From Schizochytrium sp. TIO01 (Eukaryota > Protista > Bigyra: Labyrinthulomycetes): 64,000 nt of DNA. Below are positions 56,558 to 64,000 of this stretch, one piece after another. Position numbers and translations under genes: made by a program. Below the pieces are notes generated by a model that had not been told where the DNA came from, searched no databases, and worked only from the letters and a program-made list of their open reading frames with translations. Location: NCBI GenBank assembly GCA_004764695.1, contig SMSO01000032.1, positions 4,930,483 through 4,994,482 on the forward strand, given 5' to 3'. Position 1 is the first letter of the stretch. Every line of letters starts with the position of its first letter.

Positions 56558-58132
56558 ATGCGCTCAGACGATAGTGATGGAAAAAATGTTGTTGAGGAAA
56601 CACTACTTCACGGAACCGTGCGATCGTCTATGCTCGCGCGTAGTCCGAGAGCTACACCTCGACGGGAGCGCTGTCCCGATGTACGAAAGATTGCTGAGAA
56701 AGACCCCGAGAGCGTGCAGAACATTGTGGACAAGCTGTGGAGGCTCCTAAAGGGCAATGAGACGCTAGTGGACCAACTACAGAGGAAGAACGAGGAGCTC
56801 CTACTCGTGATTAATGAAAATGATTGTGAATACCAGGGACAAATTTCAAAGATGAAGCATAAGCTGGAGCAAGCACACATGCAACTGTTAATGTGCTCAT
56901 GTGGTGCACGCCAAAATGAAGGTAATCACATTTCGCAGTCGCGGCCTCTGCAGAACGAAGATGACGAAATTGCACTGCTCGCGACTCAAACAACGAACGA
57001 AAAGGAGGACCAACATGCCAGCACGGCGTCTGCCAAAGAGATTCATACAAAAGGAGTACGTCCTGAAGACAAAAATGCTCAAGAGGCTTATGGTGAAGAT
57101 GAGTTTTTCGATGATGCAGCTTCAGTCGATTTCTATAATTATAATAATAACACGCAGAAATCATACAACTCGGTAGCTGCGACACAATTGTCACAGCATT
57201 CGCATACCACTCCGCGTTCAGCTAATCATAGTGCCATTTATACTCTTGGACCAGCGACGCAAGAGGGGATTGCCATCGATAGACCACTCAAAGACATTTC
57301 TAATACAAGTCATGCATATAATACACCGCGGAAAGCCTGGTCCTCGCCACTGTCTCAGCGAAATTTTGACTTGCGGTCGTCTTGTTTGTCTGATAAATCC
57401 TCCCCACAATCAACTGACTCTATAAACTTTCATTCATGGCCTGGTCAGAATCGTAGCAGCAGTTCTAGTAGCAGCATCTCTACTGAGGTGACTAAGGTGC
57501 AATTAAAAGAATCATTCACCTCGCCAAATCAAAAAGCAGTTACTAGGACAGGTGAATCTTTTTTATGCATGCGGCTTAACTCAAACTCTACGTCAAATGT
57601 GATAGATCTAGAAGCAGGTGACGATGGCGATGCTGAACAGAGTCCTCGATCAGTTGGTAAAGAAACTAGCAATAAAACGCCATGTGAACGACACAAAAGA
57701 ACTTGCCCCCCTAACACCTCTGACTCTTCGGCCACAGCTGCATATTCAGCGCCAAGACCGCATGGCAAGCGCCCAAAAGTACTTGCCAAAATTAAAAACT
57801 ATGAACTCAGCTCAGTATCGAGCGCGCGTGAGGATAATCCGCCACTCCACCAACAAGACGATCTTGTAGGAAATGACACATTTCGATATGTAGATGTAGT
57901 ACGAAAAAAGGCTGAGCGCGAGGCCCTACCTGGGCATGACTGCCCAAGATGTGCAAAATTTTATGCTGCCTTGGAAATAAATGACCCTCACACACTACGC
58001 GAGCTTCAGAACGGATGCTCGCGCCATCGTCAACAATACCAAAACCCCGACACCCCTGAAGATTTCTGGAAAATTCCCCAACTGAGCGAATGTGAAGACT
58101 CCCCGACGCAGGACAGTCATACGCAAGCCTGA
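56558..58132 (+). CDS. COM1: CtIP/Sae2/COM1 DNA end-resection factor
   Basis: N-terminal coiled coil. C-terminal SAE2 signature VVRKKAEREALPGHDCPRCAKFY...CSRHR...PDTPEDFW (CxxC, RHR, TP site, FW). Confidence 0.92.
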   Translation: MRSDDSDGKNVVEETLLHGTVRSSMLARSPRATPRRERCPDVRKIAEKDPESVQNIVDKLWRLLKGNETLVDQLQRKNEELLLVINENDCEYQGQISKMKHKLEQAHMQLLMCSCGARQNEGNHISQSRPLQNEDDEIALLATQTTNEKEDQHASTASAKEIHTKGVRPEDKNAQEAYGEDEFFDDAASVDFYNYNNNTQKSYNSVAATQLSQHSHTTPRSANHSAIYTLGPATQEGIAIDRPLKDISNTSHAYNTPRKAWSSPLSQRNFDLRSSCLSDKSSPQSTDSINFHSWPGQNRSSSSSSSISTEVTKVQLKESFTSPNQKAVTRTGESFLCMRLNSNSTSNVIDLEAGDDGDAEQSPRSVGKETSNKTPCERHKRTCPPNTSDSSATAAYSAPRPHGKRPKVLAKIKNYELSSVSSAREDNPPLHQQDDLVGNDTFRYVDVVRKKAEREALPGHDCPRCAKFYAALEINDPHTLRELQNGCSRHRQQYQNPDTPEDFWKIPQLSECEDSPTQDSHTQA

Positions 58133-58526
58133 TGAATATTTTAGATTTGAAAATTTAATTAATGTACAGAATTAAGTTCTGCATTTGGTTAATTGACTGA
58201 CATGGCTGACTAAACAACCTTACATTACTTCCCTTGGTGATATGTTTGTAAAATTTGTTTTTAAAAAGATGCGCTTACAGAGAGAGGCACACTGATCTTG
58301 AATTATCTGACTCAATAATCTTTCATCGGTACCTTTCCTTGTTGCTCGCTTTGTCCGTTTTTTCTAACGAACTTTAAACCTGCAATGAGCTAATATTTAC
58401 ATAACCAGAACTCCATGTTCTTGTTGTACCAGAATCCACTTCGTTAGTTCAAATTCTAAATTTATTTCTGGAAACAGCCAAGCAGCCCACCTATTCAAAA
58501 TTCCATTAAAGACAGGGCCCTCGCTT

Positions 58527-59801
58527 CTAAAAAGTAAGCATGTGGACACCAGTGTCATCATTGAATACTAGTGAGCTTAAAACATAGGTACCATTCGATG
58601 TTTCTGTCAAATCAGGCTCGAGGTAGTATGGACCAGACATGTCAAAGGTTGCGAAATGTGAAGGAACTTGAATTGTCTGCAAAGGATTGTCAGCTGCCCA
58701 TAAGATAACCTTGCCTTTGCGATCAATTGATACTATGATGAATTCCTCGCAATCTTTTGTAGGGTTATACAAATTAGTAACGATCAGGTCCGATTTCTGA
58801 GTGGCGCATCGGAAAAGCTCTTGTCCGCTGCTCACGCTCCAGCCTACGATTGTCCGTTGGTTAATAACTGCAATCAATTTATCTCCTGATACTTGGACAG
58901 CTTCAGGAATCAAGACGTCAAGCGGGCGGCGATACAAAGGTATTGAGCGTATAAGATCCTTGCCAGGGGCATCCCAATCGCGCACCTCAATGTTGAATTC
59001 TCCATACTCATCTGTTCGAATTACTACAACATATCGTCCATCAAAACTACAAGGTACAGTGTTAGCAGAAAAGGTCAAACTCGTGTCATGCTGCTCCACC
59101 GTAATTCGCTCTCCATCATCACTTGGATCTAGCAATTCGCCGAGACGATCAGTGTGACCACCTGCTTGAGGGACTCCTGAGCGTGGAGAGCTCGAAGATG
59201 CTCCAGATGCGGACTTTGACGAATTAGGCACGCATGGAAAGCACAGCTCATAGACACTGACTGATCTTCTCAAGATGAGAAGAAAGTGTCGCTGGTAGTG
59301 CAAAACGAAGGCGTTCACACAAGCACCAAACGTGTGCATACGACCATACGCGTACATTTCGTGGCGGATGCCATGTTCAGGGTGATCAGGATCCTGGAGG
59401 CGCAGGTTCTTTAAGTCAAACACCTGGACGCAAGCATCACCAATAGCTATGAATAGCATTCCAGCGTTCGCATCAATGTATGCAGCACGCACTGCCTCGT
59501 TTGACCTCGATCGGAGAAGCAGAGAACGATACTCACGAGGGGTAAAGTTTGTCTGTGAGGCGCTTCCATTTTCAAGATCAGAGCTGTCGCGGGGAGCAGT
59601 GCTTAGTCCTTGTTGCTGAGCACCTGACTTTAGAACAGGGAAAAGAAGTTGCGACGCTCCATTCGCATTACCCACAAGGATCAGTCCAGTTTCATGATTC
59701 CGGTGTACACATGTTACAGGATGCCCAGCGCCAAAAGCCAACAAAGTGAACACCTGGCGGGTGTCCTCCACATCGCTCTCTACCGAAGAGTTGTTACCCA
59801 T
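58527..59801 (-). CDS. Divergent WD40-like beta-propeller protein with a predicted N-myristoylation site
   Basis: 424-aa ORF starting MGNNSS (MGxxxS). Blade-like strands VQVFDL, IEVRDWD, IVGWSV, GKVILW. Confidence 0.75.
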   Translation of the reverse strand: MGNNSSVESDVEDTRQVFTLLAFGAGHPVTCVHRNHETGLILVGNANGASQLLFPVLKSGAQQQGLSTAPRDSSDLENGSASQTNFTPREYRSLLLRSRSNEAVRAAYIDANAGMLFIAIGDACVQVFDLKNLRLQDPDHPEHGIRHEMYAYGRMHTFGACVNAFVLHYQRHFLLILRRSVSVYELCFPCVPNSSKSASGASSSSPRSGVPQAGGHTDRLGELLDPSDDGERITVEQHDTSLTFSANTVPCSFDGRYVVVIRTDEYGEFNIEVRDWDAPGKDLIRSIPLYRRPLDVLIPEAVQVSGDKLIAVINQRTIVGWSVSSGQELFRCATQKSDLIVTNLYNPTKDCEEFIIVSIDRKGKVILWAADNPLQTIQVPSHFATFDMSGPYYLEPDLTETSNGTYVLSSLVFNDDTGVHMLTF

Positions 59802-62566
59802 GGCGTTCGTAAATTCGCCAAGTATAAAATCGTCACAAACGTCTAGGACCCCTAGAGAATAATTTGCAATTTATTATCGGCAAGCCCAAGACACTAGGCC
59901 TTGATACTTTCTTTGTGAAATCCTCTTGCAGACTCTGGGGTCCTCCTTTCTAAGAAAATGTACACTTCACAGTGAACTGGAGAGTTATGCTCGTGCAAGT
60001 TTGCCTCCAAATGCAAAAGGTAGGGTCTTTTGCTTCTCGTACTGGTGCACAGGTTGGTGTTCTTGGCACAGAAGCAGTCGCAGTGGACGTCCTGAGGTCG
60101 CAAACGCAGCGAGATAGAAGTCTGAAGATGGACGATGGGCCTCAGCTGACCAAATGAGTCCCGTTTCCTGAGGCTTCAAGCGTCCACGAGACTCGTTGAT
60201 GTTGAGGTGTTTGCCGACGCCAGAGTAAAGTTTTCGGGTGTTTCCAGCCTTGTAGCATGTTATTAAAACGAAGGAAACATATAGGAACTACTACTAGCAA
60301 CATATTGCTATTTTACTTAAAGAGAACATTCAGTTTCTGATATAAAGGAATTAGGTCCACTTACTGATAACGGTAGTAGTGACATTGTGTGTCCTCCAAC
60401 AGCGCTTCAGATGCACTCCTAATTGTGAAAGACCAAAATCTTTGATTCGAGCAGGTTCTGTACGACGCTGCATACCATGTGAGATGCACCTGCGACAGAA
60501 AAGGAGAGGAGAGGAGGCAAGTTCGCTACAATTAATCAGAAAGGTTACACACTACCACGTGTGAAAGAAGCTTGGAGTGTATGATGATACTTAAGGAGGC
60601 ATCGTAACTTAGGCCTTTAAAGCTAGCGATATGCTCCTGACTTCAGAGAAGAACACTGAGATGAACACTTTGTATTCTAACTTGAGAAGCAAGAGAGAAT
60701 TAATCTGTATGACCCAAAACTCAATGGATAAGGTTGATCTATTTCTTCAACTACTAGTTTGGGTTTGCCCATACATGTTCCCTTGATTATCTTCACTCTG
60801 GAGTTCCATTGGTGTCACACCTTTTTATCTAATAGCCAAGTTCTTATCATATACAATTCTAAATATTTGGGAATCATTTATTGTGCCAAAGGCCATTGGC
60901 AACATTCATCAAGAAAGTATGAAATTATAATTGGCACGCCCATGATTAAATTATTCTCGCGAAGAGAAGAACTCAAAGCAGATTCTTTTTTTCTTTTCTT
61001 TAAAAAAAGAAAAGTGCCTTGCACATTTTTGCTGTCCAATTTTTTTTCTTCAAGACTTTCCTTAAAAGGTTATCGTCTTTGTGGAATGGATGGTCTAAGA
61101 AGAGCTACAAGAGTTTACTGTGCTGTTGAAGACGAGGAACTTGAACAAGTTGTGTAAAATTAGAAATGATAGATAGTATTGAAGTAACATACAGCTACTG
61201 CCTCGCCTCACCTAACCTAACCTAGCTCTCCTCCTGTGTATAAGACTGAAATGATGCATTTATCCTGCCTGTATCCAGACCCGAAACCCCAATAGCTCAT
61301 ATATCATCCTCTTTCTCTTTCTCTTGAGTTCGCCATCCTTGTCAACTACCTCTGCACGCTTCACAGCACGAGCTACCCTGCAATAGATAGATTGGGTTTC
61401 TATTTTTTGATTGAAAGCCCCCTAAAAATAGAATTGGAATTAACCGCAATGATTTCTATCTAATTTTGTATTCCTCCGAAGACCTCATCACCAGAAGTAA
61501 TGCAAGCGATTTTATTGATTAACCTCATTGAGATCGCGGTATCACTCAGAACTGAGGCTGCTAGGACATTAAATACTCCTATTGACGTTTTACAGAACGT
61601 ACTTGGAGTTTGTTTGCCAGAAATTTTGTTTGTTGAAGTACTATGTTCTTACAGAGCTTTGAACACTGTTCGTTAGCATCTCCTCCAGGATAAAAATTAG
61701 CTTTAGAGCTGACAAATCTTTGATCAACCATCTAATTTTACCTCCAGTTAAGAGTAGCAATGACCGCTTACGGAATTCCGATACATAATAATACGGAGTT
61801 CCGATATTATTTGAGGAATTCCGGAACGCTACGTGGGAAAAAAACTTGAACTCAGGCAGAACTGCATCCTGCGCAGCGCCTTTGCGGCGTTCTGCGCAGA
61901 CCTCGTTCACGCGAGGCGGCGGCGGAGGCAGTAGGCAGAGGGAACTTTGAGGCTGGGTGGAGCCTCTTGCTCTTCTCCTCTCCTCGCCCGTTCGCGCGGC
62001 GCCTGTGCAATTCGCTGCGAAGCTGTGCACAACGAAGCTGAGTTCGGGATTTCCGTCCTCTTTGCTTAATCATAGGTGAGTAGTGTCATATATGTTAAAG
62101 CCTAAGACTACGTTTGGGGCAATCGACACAGTTCTTTTTTCTGCATTGAAACATTACATCAAAATCAATTTGACGGGCAACATTTGGGGACCTTAGGCGT
62201 TGTGAATTTCAGGATCGTTGGTTGACTGACGGCAGAGAATCCCGCAAGGGTTTGCGAAAAGGTGCTTTAGAGTTTTGGGAAGGTGTTGAGGTGATTGTGC
62301 GTGCTTGAGCTTACTGGAAAAGCGGAGTACCGTTGGCAGAACTGGGCTCGCTTCCTTGGGGCGGTCAACGTGAGCTTTGCCGAGAATAGAGAACGATCAC
62401 TGCCTGGATTCGAGCTGGGATAAAGCGAGACCCACAAGAGAGGGTGAAACGGAAGAGCTCAGGAGTGCCAGCTCCAGAGACCTGAGGGATTCTGGGATAG
62501 CGAGAGTACAGGAAGATAGCAGAAATACAGTGGAAAACTGAGCTTGTGCAGCAACAAATACAAAGA

Positions 62567-64000
62567 ATGAGCTCGCCCGGTAATTCGAGACGAGGCCAGC
62601 AGAATGGGGGATCGCAGCTCAGACTGAGTGATGCCGGATTCGTGTCTGTGAGCAAGCGCAAGAGAAACGGAGCTGCTCAACAGCACCACAAGGCAAGCAT
62701 AGAGCAAGCCTCGAAGGCCAAACGCCAAGCTGGCGCGGCAAGCGCAAGCGTAGCTACGTCCAGCACCACAAATTCTGGAGCTCGACTAGTACACAAGCAC
62801 CCCAATGGCCCTCGCAGAGGCACGCGCACCTATGCTCGAAACAACATCATGAACAAGCTCCACCTTCGGGAGATGAGTATGGCTGGTTGTAAATCATTTC
62901 AAGCTCGCACTGCGAAAGAGCGCTTCAAGGGAATCCGTCCAAGCGGCATCCTTGATGCCCAAGACCCAGACACTGATGAGGTGAAGCTCTGCTTTCTACG
63001 CAGACGCTCCAAGGTTGTCGAAATCGTTGCGGCGCACGAACTTGTTTTTGGCCTCACCCAGACCGGTATCTGTACAGCCTTTGATCGCACAACACGCAAG
63101 CGCGTTTGTTTCCTCAACACTGCCCCAGATGAAGTCGTGCGAAGTCTGTTTTACAACAAATCAAATGATTCCCTCATCACTGTCTCTGTGTATCGCACTG
63201 ACAACTATAGTTCGCTCAAGTGCAGATCAACTCGCATTGAGTACATTCGTCAAAAGCAACCAGAGAAGGGCTTTCCTCTTTTCGAATCTGAGTCTCTGCG
63301 CTGGCCTGGGTTTGTTGAGTTCGATGATGTTAATGGCAAGGTACTAACCTATTCGGCCAAGGAGAAAGTGTACAAGATCTGGGACTTGGTGAATTACTCT
63401 TTGCTTTATTCAATCGAGGACAAAGGCATTCAAGAGATCAAAATTTCTCCTGGAATCATGCTTCTCATTTACGGTCGCTCCTTGTGCGGAAGCCACGTTC
63501 CTCTTCGCATCATGTCGATTGATAACGGTGAAGATCTCAAATCTTTCAACCACCCTTTGCATCCACATCGCAAGATTGATTTCATCGAACAGTTTAACGA
63601 GAAACTTCTAGTCAAGCAGGAAGATGGCAACCTTCAAATCATTGATGTTCGCACATCAACATGCCATGAAGTGCCCAGTACAGACTTTCTTACCCCTACA
63701 GCTTTTATCTTCCTTTATGAGTCGATGAGCTTTCTCACTTTCAAGGAGCGCTCTGTCGCCGTTTGGGACTTCCGTGGAGAACTCATTTCGCGCTTCGATG
63801 ATCATGAGCTGTGGCACCCTGACTGCAATACTAACAACATTTACATCTCCTCAGGACAAGAGCTCATCATTTCCTACTGTAAGAATGGTGACGCCCCCAC
63901 TGGATCCATCAACATCTCAGACATTCTATCTGGCAAGTGTATCTCCAAAATCGAGCCCCCCAAAGTAATGGATACTACAGATGAATGTGCAGTGCGCCGG
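62567..64000 (+). CDS. Conserved uncharacterised WD40-like protein, truncated by the window end and absent from the ORF track
   Basis: Open from ATG 62567 (in-frame stops upstream) to the window end: RRRSKVVEIVAAHELVFGL...DEVVRSLFYNKSNDSLITVSVY...SSLKCRSTRIEY...LFESESLRWPGFVEFDDVNGKVLTYSA...QEIKISPGIMLL...IDFIEQFNEKLLVKQE. Recalled as similar to a conserved plant/protist unknown protein. Confidence 0.88.
   Translation, partial: MSSPGNSRRGQQNGGSQLRLSDAGFVSVSKRKRNGAAQQHHKASIEQASKAKRQAGAASASVATSSTTNSGARLVHKHPNGPRRGTRTYARNNIMNKLHLREMSMAGCKSFQARTAKERFKGIRPSGILDAQDPDTDEVKLCFLRRRSKVVEIVAAHELVFGLTQTGICTAFDRTTRKRVCFLNTAPDEVVRSLFYNKSNDSLITVSVYRTDNYSSLKCRSTRIEYIRQKQPEKGFPLFESESLRWPGFVEFDDVNGKVLTYSAKEKVYKIWDLVNYSLLYSIEDKGIQEIKISPGIMLLIYGRSLCGSHVPLRIMSIDNGEDLKSFNHPLHPHRKIDFIEQFNEKLLVKQEDGNLQIIDVRTSTCHEVPSTDFLTPTAFIFLYESMSFLTFKERSVAVWDFRGELISRFDDHELWHPDCNTNNIYISSGQELIISYCKNGDAPTGSINISDILSGKCISKIEPPKVMDTTDECAVRR

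Noticed and set aside
56558-58132. COM1/SAE2 as evidence of meiosis or of a functional link to the neighbouring driver-like gene
   Set aside because: CtIP/Sae2 also acts in mitotic repair, so adjacency alone is uninformative.
1-64000. tRNA, rRNA or snRNA genes
   Set aside because: None recognised by eye; tRNAscan-SE/Infernal would be needed to exclude them.

Overview
Eukaryotic nuclear DNA with apparently intron-free coding regions and many microsatellites. The gene content and style suggest a stramenopile protist, most likely a thraustochytrid/labyrinthulomycete; this is inferred, not searched. The left two-thirds is gene-sparse and regulatory: a putative transcription factor with a FABP/lipocalin-like C-terminus, two tandem cytosolic PAS hybrid histidine kinases, a ~17 kb ORF-free divergent region, a Lys-rich zinc-finger protein, a non-canonical bZIP fused to a START-like domain, and a CRAL-TRIO protein. 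The right third is compact: a Cid1/TUT-type uridylyltransferase, CLP1, COM1/SAE2 (CtIP) and two beta-propeller proteins. Between CLP1 and COM1 lies a ~4.5 kb foreign-looking island. It holds an intact PD-(D/E)xK-nuclease + kinase gene (Crinkler/Spok-like architecture) flanked by broken ORFs, one of which looks virus-like. All family assignments come from motif recognition by eye; no database searches were run.
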